Assembly: GCA_963841435.1 (NCBI GenBank)
Contig: CAWJCS010000004.1
Location: 320,001 to 384,000, forward strand
DNA from: an uncultured delta proteobacterium
Lineage (GTDB): Bacteria > Myxococcota_A > Polyangia > Polyangiales > Polyangiaceae
Direction of reading: 5' to 3'
Length of the DNA: 64,000 nt
Shown here: positions 50,201-60,636 of the stretch, piece after piece
Position numbering within the stretch: the first letter of the stretch is position 1
How the letters are laid out: each line of letters opens with the position of its first letter
The notes under the pieces: generated by a model
The model's input: only the letters and a program-made list of their open reading frames with translations
Told to the model about the DNA's origin: nothing
The model's database searches: none
Made by a program: the position numbers and the translations under genes

Positions 50201-51060
50201 GTTCTTGATGGAATAGGCGCCGACGCCGTCGTTCGGATTGCCGAAGTTCACCATCCGACCTTCCCAGGGCGGCGCGGCAGCGTTGCGAGCGCCCACTTCC
50301 TGGTCGCTCGACGTGGCGCAGCCGCGAGGCCGTCCCGTGGCGGGCGAGTTGTTGACGATGTAACTCCAGAGCCCGGCGCGGCCACCGGCGTTGTCGACAA
50401 TGGCGGTGGTCATCGAGTTCGAGGGGCTAAAGCCCGTCTCCTTCGAGACCGCCGTGTCGAACGTCATGAGCGCGAAGCGGACCTGCTGTGAAAAGACGTC
50501 CAGGATGCCGTCGTTGCTCGGCTGGTTGAAACTGCAGGATGTGTTGTTGCTGTAGTAGTGAAAGCCGATCGCGTTCGTCGCGGGGTAGATGAACGGGTTG
50601 CCCGTCAGCGGCGAACCGGGCGAGGGCGCGCAACCGCCGCTGAGCGGACGATGGTACGGCAGCGAGTAGCGAAAGTCGTAGGGAGCCTGCCCCGCCGTGA
50701 GCGCGTACTCCGTGGAGAAGGTGCTCGAGCTGCGGTCGACGGCCTCGCAGGAATAGTTCTCGATGGTGCCCGTGAGCACCTCGACGAGATTGAATCCAGC
50801 GGCTCTTGTCGTTCACTCCGGCGGGCGTGGCCGGGTTGCACGTGACGTTCCGACCCGTCCGCCTGGAACTCCATCGAGCCCGATGTATCCACGAGCAAGA
50901 GCACGTTGGGCAGCGGAGGATTCACGTCGGTCTGCGCGGCCGCGACAGGCGCGAACAACGCGAAACCAAGCCCGGAGAGCAGCGCTGCCGAAAGGCGCGG
51001 CGCCAGCCGCGAGCGACGGGGTCGCACGCGGTGGGAAGGGGATGGCGGGGGGTGGGTCAC
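47231..51060 (-). CDS. pilY1: PilY1-like adhesin (vWA + beta-propeller), two +1 frameshifts near the 5' end
   Basis: Signal peptide, LLVDTSGSM MIDAS, GATPIAG, LLTDGQPN, GDIYHSTP, TNDGMLHAF, ELWA and VYVGD.EGRLWK. Deleting one base at 50848-9 and one at 50793-4 gives 1275 aa. Confidence 0.88.
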
Positions 51061-51076
51061 GTCGTTTCGATCTCCT

Positions 51077-51709
51077 CTACTGGAGCAAGCGCAGTGGGCC
51101 GATGACCACGTGAGCTCGGGTCATGTGTTGACCCGCAATCGGCATCAGGTTCGCAACGCAAGCCGTGGGCGAGCCGGAACGCTCGAGCTGTGCGATGGTC
51201 GTTAGCTTCGCCTGGTAAAACTGGAAGCCGTCGGGGCCGATCTGCTCGCCGACGACCGGCCAGGGCGCGGGAGCCACGTCGGTCGTCTCCGTGTGGAATC
51301 GGCCGGCGATGTCCGGGTACGGCCCGAAGGAATCGGCGTCAACGAGCGTGGCGCTCGTCGGCAGCACGTAGGTCGCGCTCTCCTTCTTGTAACAGGAAGG
51401 AGCAATCGAGCTCGTGGTGTTGTAGCCGAGGTTCATCCGACAAGGGTCTTTGGCCTCGAACGCCAGCGTCACGAACGTGGCCGGGTCGCTCGCAATGTCC
51501 GACAGCATGGCCAGCGTGCCGAGCTCGGCGAGGTCCTCGGTCTGCGCGGCTTCCCGTTGGTTGCCCGAGGCGCGGGCGAGCAGCGCGCTCGAGTGCAAGC
51601 TGTAAAGCCCGACGCCCGTAAGCAGCGTCACGGCGAGCACCACGACGAACAGCGTGGCGCCGCGCTCGCGGCTCCGTGTCGAACGTGGGGAGTGTCTCGA
51701 GGTCACCAT
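51077..51709 (-). CDS. pilX: Minor pilin PilX-like
   Basis: Prepilin cleavage RERG|ATLFVV without Glu5; lies just before pilY1. Confidence 0.75.
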   Translation of the reverse strand: MVTSRHSPRSTRSRERGATLFVVVLAVTLLTGVGLYSLHSSALLARASGNQREAAQTEDLAELGTLAMLSDIASDPATFVTLAFEAKDPCRMNLGYNTTSSIAPSCYKKESATYVLPTSATLVDADSFGPYPDIAGRFHTETTDVAPAPWPVVGEQIGPDGFQFYQAKLTTIAQLERSGSPTACVANLMPIAGQHMTRAHVVIGPLRLLQ

Positions 51710-52923
51710 TGCACCCCCGACTGGTTGGGTAGTGCGATCTCGGACTGGAAGGTGCGGACGCGCGCCCAGTCGAGGTTGTCGCCGAGCTTGAAGCGATAAA
51801 GGCCCCCGGCCGTGATGTTGCTGGGACGGTCGGCCTCGCGCGAGCGCACGCTGAAGCGCACCCCGACCGTGCGCACGCCCTGCGGCCGGTCGCCCGTCAT
51901 CGCCGGCGCGAAGAACTGCTGGAAGTTCGAGTCGCCCGGAATCGAGGTGACGAGCGCCGTCGTCGGCGTGGCGGCGAGCAGCTGCCCCGTGACCGAAAAT
52001 TCGGAATCGACCGCATATTCGGCGACGATGTCCGAGGACCCAGCGATCACCGCGCCGTCGGCGTCGAGCTCCTCGCGCACGAGCTCCGTTCGATCGTCCT
52101 CCCCGGGAGCGGCCGAGCTCGCGTTGAACAGGGGCGTCCAGCGGGCGTCACCTTCCGCCTTCAGGTTCCGGATCTGGTAGCGCACGATGTTCACGACGTT
52201 CGTGCTGCCGCCCGTCCCGTTGCCGCCCCGCTGCTGCAGCGGCGTGACGAGCGTCACGGAAGGGGTGGCGCCGCCGCTGACGGTCGAGATCGAGCCGAAC
52301 TGAATCCTGCCGCCACGATCGACGAGCCGCAGCAGTCAACCGGGGGCGAACACGTTGGCGAGCAACGCGTTTTGAGCACCCGTGGACGCTCCAATGTAAC
52401 CGAGCCGCGCCATCTGCGGCGTGTTGGTCTGCAGGAAGATCGTCTGCCCATCGGACTGCGCCACGGGGTACTCGTCCGTCACGGCGTACGAGCCGGAGAG
52501 GACGATCTGATCGGGCTTGATGATCTGACCCGCCGAAGCGTTGGCGGCGAAGGCGGCGTTGCTGGTTAGATTGGGCGTGTCGGGAGTGATGCGCAGGCCC
52601 GCGAGCCCTTGGATCCCCGCCGGATCGGTGCTGGTCGGCGGAGCGAGCACGAGCGGATCGTTCTGTACGTTGGGGGTCGAGAGATAGCCGGCACGCCGGA
52701 TATCGGCCTTGAGCCGTTCGAAGCCGACCAGTCCGGCGAGCGTCGCGCTCGCGATGCGCGCCTCGCGCTGATAGAAGCGCGTGGTATCGCGCGACAGCGC
52801 GAACACCATCGCCGACAAGAACAGCCCTCCGGAGAGAGCCACCATGAGCTCGACGAGCGTGAACCCCCGCCGTCCCGAGCCGGGCCGCACCACCAGTGGA
52901 CGCATGCGACGCCTCGTCACCAT
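51703..52923 (-). CDS. pilW: Minor pilin PilW-like, with in-frame TGA at 52336-52338
   Basis: RRG|FTLVELMVAL and DIRRAGY; the same frame continues past the TGA (PG*LLRLVD...) to 51703. Confidence 0.8.
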
Positions 52924-53531
52924 AGCCCCGAGGGTTGTCGCACCGCGCTTGCCTGCGTCACCACGTGGTACGTGCCGTCCTGAATCGCCGCGGAGATCGC
53001 CGCGATCGTCAACGGCGCGGTGCTCGTGCAATCGCCGGTGACGCGGGTGGCGCCGTCGCGCGGCCAGAACACGCGCACTTCCGTGCGAATCAGTCCGTTG
53101 CCCTGGCGGCCGCCCGCCGTGGCGTCGCGATACAGCCAGGTGAGTCGGATGTGCGCGCAGAAGTCGCCGCCGACGGCCATGGGCGCACCCAGCGGATCGA
53201 AGCCGGGCCCGAAGTTGCGCGTCGAGTCGTAGTCCGGCAACTGCCAGGCGCCGTTCATGTTGGCGTTGTTGACGGTGCCGAGCCAAGCCATCGTGCCCCC
53301 GACGGTCGTCTGCCAGCGCGTGCCGTCGGCCGCGAGCTGTCCGAGCCAGGCCTCCGCGATGCCGTTCGCCACGCCTATGTTCTTGCCGAGCTGGTTCGCC
53401 GTGACCGTCGCGCGTTGCATGGCGATCACTCCGGTGACGCCGGTCGCGAACACGGCGAGCGCCATCATCAGCTCCACCACGGTGTAGCCTGGCACGCGCC
53501 GCCGAGCGCGAGAGACCCGACTCGGCTTCAT
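52917..53531 (-). CDS. pilV: Minor pilin PilV-like
   Basis: PG|YTVVELMMALAVF N-methylation motif; VRVFW near the C-terminus. Confidence 0.78.
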   Translation of the reverse strand: MKPSRVSRARRRVPGYTVVELMMALAVFATGVTGVIAMQRATVTANQLGKNIGVANGIAEAWLGQLAADGTRWQTTVGGTMAWLGTVNNANMNGAWQLPDYDSTRNFGPGFDPLGAPMAVGGDFCAHIRLTWLYRDATAGGRQGNGLIRTEVRVFWPRDGATRVTGDCTSTAPLTIAAISAAIQDGTYHVVTQASAVRQPSGLW

Positions 53532-54187
53532 AGCGCCAACCTCGCCGTGCCGTTCGGCAGCACGAGGACGTCGTAAGTACGGTTGGCGCCGGTCACGCCG
53601 ATCGTGACCACGGTGTTGAGCGCCGCCCAGCTCGCCGGCGTGAAGGTTCCCGCCGTGTCAACGTAAGCGCGGCCGCCGGGGCTGAAGCACACGCTCATGG
53701 GGTTGCCGCCCGACACCGCACTCGTGCCGACCAGCGCCGTCGTGCTGACGCCCGCATCGACCGTGATGTTCGAGAGCAGCCGTGCCGTGCCGATGGAACC
53801 TGCGCTTCCTAGATTGCCCCAGTTGTTCGTGAGGCAGCCGCGCGTGGGCAGGTTGCCGCATTGCGCGCGTTCCGCGGTGGCGCCCGCCGTGTCACCCTCG
53901 ACGCCTTCGAGGACCTGCAGGGTGGCGGTGCCTGGCCCGCTGCCGGGGTCGAACGTCACGACGATGGAGGCGCCGCGGCCGAGCGCCCGCGTTCGGGCGC
54001 CGCGGTACACTTCGGCCACCGTGTGGGCCTGCTGCTGGACCCGTGCCTGCCGAAAGCGGGCCGAGAACAGCGGAACCGCGATCACCGCCAGAATCGCGAT
54101 GATGACGACCACGACCATCAGCTCGATGAGCGTGAAACCGCGGCGGGCTGGGCGGGATGTAGGCAGACGGAGCACGGGAGGGGCCAC
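53528..54187 (-). CDS. fimU: Minor pilin FimU/FimT-like
   Basis: RRG|FTLIELMVVVVIIAILAVIAVP, ARTRA and CFSPGG; first gene of the cluster. Confidence 0.75.
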   Translation of the reverse strand: MAPPVLRLPTSRPARRGFTLIELMVVVVIIAILAVIAVPLFSARFRQARVQQQAHTVAEVYRGARTRALGRGASIVVTFDPGSGPGTATLQVLEGVEGDTAGATAERAQCGNLPTRGCLTNNWGNLGSAGSIGTARLLSNITVDAGVSTTALVGTSAVSGGNPMSVCFSPGGRAYVDTAGTFTPASWAALNTVVTIGVTGANRTYDVLVLPNGTARLAL

Positions 54188-54196
54188 GAGCTATGC

Positions 54197-54212
54197 AGCA
54201 AGGGGCATGCCG
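54197..54212 (-). promoter_or_regulatory. sigma54 -24/-12 promoter (CGGCATGCCCCTTGCT)
   Basis: GG (54211-10) - N10 - GC (54199-98), matching TGGCACG-N4-TTGCW. Confidence 0.65.
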
Positions 54213-54225
54213 AGACCCCAATCTG

Positions 54226-54238
54226 TAAATGTCTGATT
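54226..54238 (-). promoter_or_regulatory. IHF binding site (AATCAG-ACAT-TTA)
   Basis: Matches WATCAR-N4-TTR in an AT-rich patch at about -40 to -52 of the sigma54 promoter. Confidence 0.55.
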
Positions 54239-54340
54239 CAAAAGGACATATTTCATCGTGCCGAGGGCCCGATGCGGTAACGATTGCGGCGGTATGAAAC
54301 GGTTGCGAGGCGAGGGGAGGTGGTAAGGGCGAGGCGACTC

Positions 54341-55423
54341 GTGCCGAGGTCGCTCCTTGTCTGCCTGGCTTTCGTGGTCGCCGCCTGCCGCGGCGGGGTC
54401 GAGGACCGCTCGGTCACCCGCCCCTCGCCGAGCGCAAGTGCTCGCCCGAGCCCGTCGCCCTGCGCGTCACCGAGCTTTGCGCCCGGCGACCCCGAAGTGA
54501 CGGCCTGGTTCCCCGTTCGGGTGGGACAGCTCTGCGTCGACCGGAACGCGGTGCCACGTCGCTTCGGGGGTACGGGTGAGCCCGCGCTCGAAACGGGCTG
54601 CGAGTCGGTGGGGCTCGATTGCACGCTGCTCGAACGCCTCGGTCTCTCGCGCATCGTGAGCCTGCGCTACCTGGACCAGCGCGGCGCCGGGACCGGGGTC
54701 CTCGCCAGCGTCCTCGCGTTCCGCGACGCCGAGGCTGCCTACGGTTTCTTCACCGACCGCCTCGCGGCGGCAGCCGTCCTCGGCAAGCCCCAGCTGCACG
54801 AGCTGGAGGCGCCGGGCGCCGCCGTGCTCGGCGACACTCGAGCGACCCTCGTGCGAGCAGCGTGGGTGCTTTCGCTCGAGCTCAGCAACACGAAGCTCAC
54901 GCCCGACCAGGTGACGCGCGCGGCTGCGGGCGCGTTGCCCGAGCTGGCGCATGCCGTCGGTGACCGCCTGCCGGGCGACCCGCGACTGCCGGCAGCGCTT
55001 CGCGCACTGCCCGTCGAGCACCGCGTGGCCCTTTCCGAACGCTACGACGCGTTCGATCTCTTCGGCGTCGTCGGGGTCGGCCGCGGCGCGCGCGCCCGCT
55101 ACGTGGACGCGGGAAGGAGCTACGAGCTCGCGGCGCTGGTTCGCGCCGAGCCGGATGCGGCCGGGGACGTGTTGAAGACGCTCCGCAAGTTACCGGGCGC
55201 ATTCAAGATCAAGGATGGCCCCTACGAGTCGCTGCGCTTCAGGCTCGACGACGGCACGGGCGTCCCCACCGAGTGGGTGTTCGGGCGGAAGGGTGCGCTG
55301 GTGCTGGGCGCGGGCGCGGCGGTGGAGCCCACGCTCCGCAAGCGACACGCGCCCAAGCCACCCGATCGGAAGCTCTTGCTGCTCAAGCGAACGCTCGACG
55401 AACGGCGCGGGTCGCCCGACTGA
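54341..55423 (+). CDS. Lipoprotein (DUF6599-like)
   Basis: Lipobox VVAAC; AFRDAEAAYGFF motif. Confidence 0.65.
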   Translation: MPRSLLVCLAFVVAACRGGVEDRSVTRPSPSASARPSPSPCASPSFAPGDPEVTAWFPVRVGQLCVDRNAVPRRFGGTGEPALETGCESVGLDCTLLERLGLSRIVSLRYLDQRGAGTGVLASVLAFRDAEAAYGFFTDRLAAAAVLGKPQLHELEAPGAAVLGDTRATLVRAAWVLSLELSNTKLTPDQVTRAAAGALPELAHAVGDRLPGDPRLPAALRALPVEHRVALSERYDAFDLFGVVGVGRGARARYVDAGRSYELAALVRAEPDAAGDVLKTLRKLPGAFKIKDGPYESLRFRLDDGTGVPTEWVFGRKGALVLGAGAAVEPTLRKRHAPKPPDRKLLLLKRTLDERRGSPD

Positions 55424-55484
55424 AACGACCATGCGGCCGGCGCCGGCGCGCTGCCCTTCGCGCCGCGGCGTGGTAGAAAAGAAC

Positions 55485-56630
55485 GTGGACTTCACGTTTT
55501 CCGAGCAGCATGCGCTCCTGCGCTCGACCGTCCGGGATTTCTGCGAGCGTGAGGTGCGACCCCACGCCCGCGAGTGGGACGAAGCGGAGCGCTTTCCGAT
55601 CGAGATCGTTCCACGCCTCGCCTCGCTCGGGCTGCTCGGCATCCGGGTCCCCGAGCAGTACGGCGGCGCGGGCATGGACATCACGGCCTATGCGATCACG
55701 GTCGAAGAGTGCGCGCGCGTCGACGGCTCGCTTGCGCTCACCGTCGCGAGCCACAACGGGCTCGGGCTCGGCCACATCTTGACGTTCGGCAGCGAGGCGC
55801 AGAAGCGCCGGTACCTGCCGCGAGCGGCAGATGGCACGGCGCTCGCGGCCTGGGCGCTCACGGAGCCCGGGTCCGGCTCGGACGCTGCCGCGTTGCGCAC
55901 GACCGCGCGGCGCGATGGCGACGACTGGGTGATCGACGGCACGAAGATGTTCATCACGCAGGGGTCGGTGGGCGGCTTCTGCGTCGTGCTCGCGCGCACC
56001 AACCCCGAAGCGCCGCCGCAGCGCGGTATCACCGCGTTCATCGTCGACACGGACCGGCCGGGTTACTCGGCGAGCAAGAAGCTCAAGAAATACGGCTGCC
56101 GCTCGAGCGACACCGTGGAGATCACCTTCGAGGGCGTCCGAGTGCCCGACGAGCAGCGGCTCGGCGAAATCGATCAGGGCTTTCGCGACACCATGCGCAT
56201 CCTCGACACGGGCCGCATCTCGATCGCTGCGATGGCGCTGGGCCTCGGTCGCGGGGCACTCGCGATGGCGGTCGCGTACGCCAAGCAGCGCGCCGCGTTC
56301 GGACACCCCATCGCGGATTTCCAGGGCGTGCAGTGGCTCCTCGCGGACGCCAAGACGGCGCTGGATGCGGCCGAGCTACTCGTGTATCGCGCGGCCTGGC
56401 TCGCCGATCGGGGCGAGCGCTACACGGAGCAGGCGTCGATCGCCAAGCTCTTCGCGAGCGAAGCTGCGACCAAGGTGTGCAACGACGCCCTGCAGATCCA
56501 CGGCGGCTACGGCTACACGCGCGAGTTCGACATCGAGCGCCACTTGCGCGACGTGAAGCTTTGCGAGATCGGGGAGGGCACGAGCCAGGTGCAGCGCATG
56601 GTGATCGCCAAACACCTGTTGCGCGACTGA
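55485..56630 (+). CDS. Acyl-CoA dehydrogenase
   Basis: PEQYGGAG, LTEPGSGSD, GTKMFIT, QIHGGYGY and EIGEGTSQVQR motifs. Confidence 0.95.
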   Translation: MDFTFSEQHALLRSTVRDFCEREVRPHAREWDEAERFPIEIVPRLASLGLLGIRVPEQYGGAGMDITAYAITVEECARVDGSLALTVASHNGLGLGHILTFGSEAQKRRYLPRAADGTALAAWALTEPGSGSDAAALRTTARRDGDDWVIDGTKMFITQGSVGGFCVVLARTNPEAPPQRGITAFIVDTDRPGYSASKKLKKYGCRSSDTVEITFEGVRVPDEQRLGEIDQGFRDTMRILDTGRISIAAMALGLGRGALAMAVAYAKQRAAFGHPIADFQGVQWLLADAKTALDAAELLVYRAAWLADRGERYTEQASIAKLFASEAATKVCNDALQIHGGYGYTREFDIERHLRDVKLCEIGEGTSQVQRMVIAKHLLRD

Positions 56631-56654
56631 ACGCACGCTGCGCTCGGGCGAGCG

Positions 56655-57170
56655 CTACTCCGTGCGCTGGATGACGTGGAAACCGAACGAGGTTTCCACG
56701 ATGTCAGAGATGCCCCCCGGCTCGAGCGCGAACGCCGCGTTCGAGAACTCCTTCACCATCATGTGGCGGTCGAAGCGGCCGAGATCGCCGCCGCGCTCCC
56801 CGGCACCGGGCTCGTCGGAGTACTCCTTGACGAGGGCGGCAAAATCTTCGCCGGCCCGCGCTCGCTTGAGCGCCTCCTCGGCACGCGCCCGCGCTTCTTC
56901 CTTCGTGCGAGTGATGCCCGGGCCCGCGCGCATCGAACCGACGTACTGCACGAGCAGGTGTCGGGCGCGGATCTCGTCCTTCGTTGGTCGCAGGGGCTTC
57001 GGCGTAGGTGCCGTCGCCTTCCTTTTCCGCGGAGCTCGCACCGGCATTCGGCGGCTCGGGAGGCGCGGCCACGCGCGGTGGGTCGCCCGGGCCTTCGAAG
57101 GTCGTCACGACGCAGGCCGGCGTCACGAGCGAGAGCGTGAAGAGCGTCGCGACCGAGCGGCGCAAGTTCT

Positions 57171-57174
<4 letters not shown>
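56655..57174 (-). CDS. Parvulin-type PPIase lipoprotein (one +1 frameshift at 56980-1)
   Basis: Lipobox VTPAC in one frame and IRARHLLV...GGDLG.F...[10 protein letters not shown] in another; joined length 172 aa. Confidence 0.85.
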
Positions 57175-58079
<905 letters not shown>

Positions 58080-58083
58080 TGAC

Positions 58084-58935
58084 TCAGGCTCCTAAAATCG
58101 CGCTGACCTCTGCCCACGCGCCAGTGATCACGGGATCGGGCTTATCGTTTGCAAAGGCTTCCAGCGCCACGCGTCCGCTCTCTAGCACGTAGCCGTCGGT
58201 CTTGATGGTCTCTCCGGGCCATACCGGGCGCCGAAACTGCGCGCCGAACGCCTTGATCCGCCGTTCGTCGCCCCCCGCGGCGCCCTGCAACAGGGCGCGA
58301 CCGACGATGCCGAAGGTGCAGAGGCCGTGCAGGATCGGGCCCTCGGAAAAACCGACGGCCTTGGCGAAATCCGGGTCCGCGTGAAGTGGATTCAGGTCGC
58401 CCGACAGGCGGTAAAGCAGCGCCTGCTCCGGGTTCGTCGGCGACGCGATGCGAAAGTCCGGGGGCCGCTCGGGGATCTTGGGAATGTCCGCCTTGGGTGG
58501 GCGCTTTCCCCCGAAGCCACCGGCATCGCGTACGAGCAGCGACCACTCCGTCTCGAAGCAAAGCTCGCCGCCGAGCGTGGTCTCAGTGCCGATCACGAGC
58601 TGTGCGAGCTTCTTCATGTCGTAGATGCCCTTGACGAAGCCGACGCTGTCGAGCTTGCCCGATGCTGGGATCTCTCGGTGCAGGCGGACGACCTGGCTTC
58701 CGTGCACCAAGCGCGTCATGTCCGCCTGAGTGCGCTCGAAGAGCGCCGCGACCGCGGGGTAGCTCGGCACCACCGCAAAGGTCGGCAGAACGCGCGGCCC
58801 GCGCCCCTCGTACAGGAACTCGAGCTCGTCGCGAGTGGCGCCCACGCCGAGCGCGTAGAGCACCGTCGTCTTCCAATCGTACTCGAACGAGAACGCTTCG
58901 GTTCGCTGACCGACGGTGGAAAGGTTCAAGCTCAT
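58084..58935 (-). CDS. MaoC-family double-hotdog (R)-enoyl-CoA hydratase
   Basis: LYALGVG, LVHGSQ, YRLSGDLNPLHADP, ILHGLCTFG and PVWPGE motifs. Confidence 0.92.
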   Translation of the reverse strand: MSLNLSTVGQRTEAFSFEYDWKTTVLYALGVGATRDELEFLYEGRGPRVLPTFAVVPSYPAVAALFERTQADMTRLVHGSQVVRLHREIPASGKLDSVGFVKGIYDMKKLAQLVIGTETTLGGELCFETEWSLLVRDAGGFGGKRPPKADIPKIPERPPDFRIASPTNPEQALLYRLSGDLNPLHADPDFAKAVGFSEGPILHGLCTFGIVGRALLQGAAGGDERRIKAFGAQFRRPVWPGETIKTDGYVLESGRVALEAFANDKPDPVITGAWAEVSAILGA

Positions 58936-59135
58936 CACGGCCCCCCCTGCGGGGGCCCGAACGGTTAGCGCGCCCCGGTGCGGGGCGTCAATCGGTGCGG
59001 CCGAGACCGCGCACGGCGGCCTCGCCTGCGAGACCAAAACCCGGCTAGCGTCCTCATTCCGCGATTCCCCATGGAACGGCGGGCGCTTCGCACCCCCTCT
59101 CGCCCCGCGGGCGATTCACCCCGAGACAATGGCTC

Positions 59136-59861
59136 GTGCTCGACCTCGCGTTGCTCGTCCAGCTCCTCGAACGCGTCCTCGGTGCGGATGCTCGGGCCTT
59201 CTTGCTCGCGTGGGCGCGCGCGCTGCCCGTCGTCACACTCGTGCCCGCGTTCGGTCTCGCTGCCGTCGCGCTACCCATACGGGTTGCCCTGGGTGCGGGC
59301 ATGGCGGCGGCCGTCGCCCCGATGATGCGACCGGTGGTCGATGCGAGCTTGCCGTTCTGGCTGCTCTTCGCGGGCGAGCTCGCGCGCGGCGTGCCGCTCG
59401 CCCTCGCCGTGTCGGCATTCCTGTGGGCTGCCATCATGGCGGGCGGCCTCGTGGACAATCTGCGCGGCGCGCGCGAGAGCGCCGAGGTGCCCTTGCTCGA
59501 CGAGCCGTCGTCGCCGATGGCGGCCTTGCTCGGGCTCCTGATGGCCCTCGCTTTCTTCGAGACGGGTGGAGCCGCGCGGCTCGCGGTGGCGCTCGGCGAT
59601 CCCCGGCTCACGAGCACGTTCGCGATCGCCGCGGAACGACTGGCCCAGTCGATGGGCGTGGCCGTGGCCATTGCGGCACCCCTCGCGGTGGGCTCCGTGC
59701 TCGTGGAGGCCGCATCCGGCCTCATCGCGCGTTCGGCGAGCCCCGCGTACGTCTTGCCGCTCGTGGCACCGCTGCGCTCGGTGCTGCTCTTGTTCGTGGT
59801 GTGGCTCTCGCTCGATCGCATCGTCGAGCTCTTGGTGCTGCTCGCCTCGCGTCCCGTCTGA
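59136..59861 (+). CDS. SctT/FliR-family type III export-gate protein (orphan)
   Basis: Multi-TM; GELARG, AAIMAGGLVDNLRG, FFETGG and GLIARSASP..V resemble FliR/SctT patterns. Confidence 0.7.
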   Translation: MLDLALLVQLLERVLGADARAFLLAWARALPVVTLVPAFGLAAVALPIRVALGAGMAAAVAPMMRPVVDASLPFWLLFAGELARGVPLALAVSAFLWAAIMAGGLVDNLRGARESAEVPLLDEPSSPMAALLGLLMALAFFETGGAARLAVALGDPRLTSTFAIAAERLAQSMGVAVAIAAPLAVGSVLVEAASGLIARSASPAYVLPLVAPLRSVLLLFVVWLSLDRIVELLVLLASRPV

Positions 59862-59865
59862 GCGC

Positions 59866-60636
59866 TCAGAGCTGCGTGCGGTAGGAAAGCCCCACGCCGA
59901 TCGACAAGACGACATTGCGCCCCGTCAACGACGCTTCGCTACCGAGTGGATCGGTCGCGGGTTTGTGCGGCAAGAACCACTCCGTCAGGCGTAAGGTGCC
60001 GCCGAGCGAGAAGTGTTCGCTGAGCCGCGACGCGAGCCCGAGCCCGAGCCCGAGTGTGCCGCCCTCGGTGCGAATCGTCACGCCGCGCGTACCCAAGAGT
60101 GCCCGTTCGTCCTTCAGGTTGACGACCTGGAACCGATCGTTGACGACCACGAGACCTCCGAGCACCCCCGCCCAGAGCTCGACGGTCTCGCCGACGTACG
60201 GGTAGTAGCGTAGCGAGCCCTCGACGGTCATGTAGCTTCGCGTGTGATCACGCTCGATCTCCGCGGGATCCTGGCGTGGGTGCGCCGTCGGGATCAAACC
60301 GAGCACGAGGCCGGCGCCGAACGCAAAGCGCTGATTCATGCGGTAGAGCTGCCAGGCCTCGAGCGCGAAGCTCACGTCGCCGCGCTTGCAGCCCGCACTG
60401 CGTTCGGCGCACACCTCGGCACGCGGCAACGTCAGCACGCCCACGTTGCCCTCGGCCATGCCCGTCGGGCGATCGATCGCGGCAAAACCCTGCACGAGGC
60501 GCTCGGGGTCGGGGCTGGCGCCCACCGTCATGGTTTCGCTCCCTTTCGTCTGCACGGATGCGCGCTGGGCACCGGCGCCGCCGGCCATGAGCAGGCAGGC
60601 GGCAAGGCTCGCAACGAAACACGCCTTCGGTGTCAT
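59866..60636 (-). CDS. Probable small outer-membrane beta-barrel protein
   Basis: Signal peptide, amphipathic strands, C-terminal GVGLSYRTQL; ATGA-coupled to the kinase. Confidence 0.65.
   Translation of the reverse strand: MTPKACFVASLAACLLMAGGAGAQRASVQTKGSETMTVGASPDPERLVQGFAAIDRPTGMAEGNVGVLTLPRAEVCAERSAGCKRGDVSFALEAWQLYRMNQRFAFGAGLVLGLIPTAHPRQDPAEIERDHTRSYMTVEGSLRYYPYVGETVELWAGVLGGLVVVNDRFQVVNLKDERALLGTRGVTIRTEGGTLGLGLGLASRLSEHFSLGGTLRLTEWFLPHKPATDPLGSEASLTGRNVVLSIGVGLSYRTQL

Noticed and set aside
52336..52338. Selenocysteine at the pilW TGA
   Set aside because: The context is not a redox Cys motif, and a single CGA>TGA change is the simpler explanation.
39489..54187. Horizontally acquired island suggested by slightly lower GC
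   Set aside because: Explained by Thr/Asn/Ser/Asp-rich surface proteins; no integrase, transposase or flanking repeats.
59136..59861. Evidence for flagella from the fliR-like gene
   Set aside because: No other flagellar genes are present, and the family is shared with non-flagellar T3SS.
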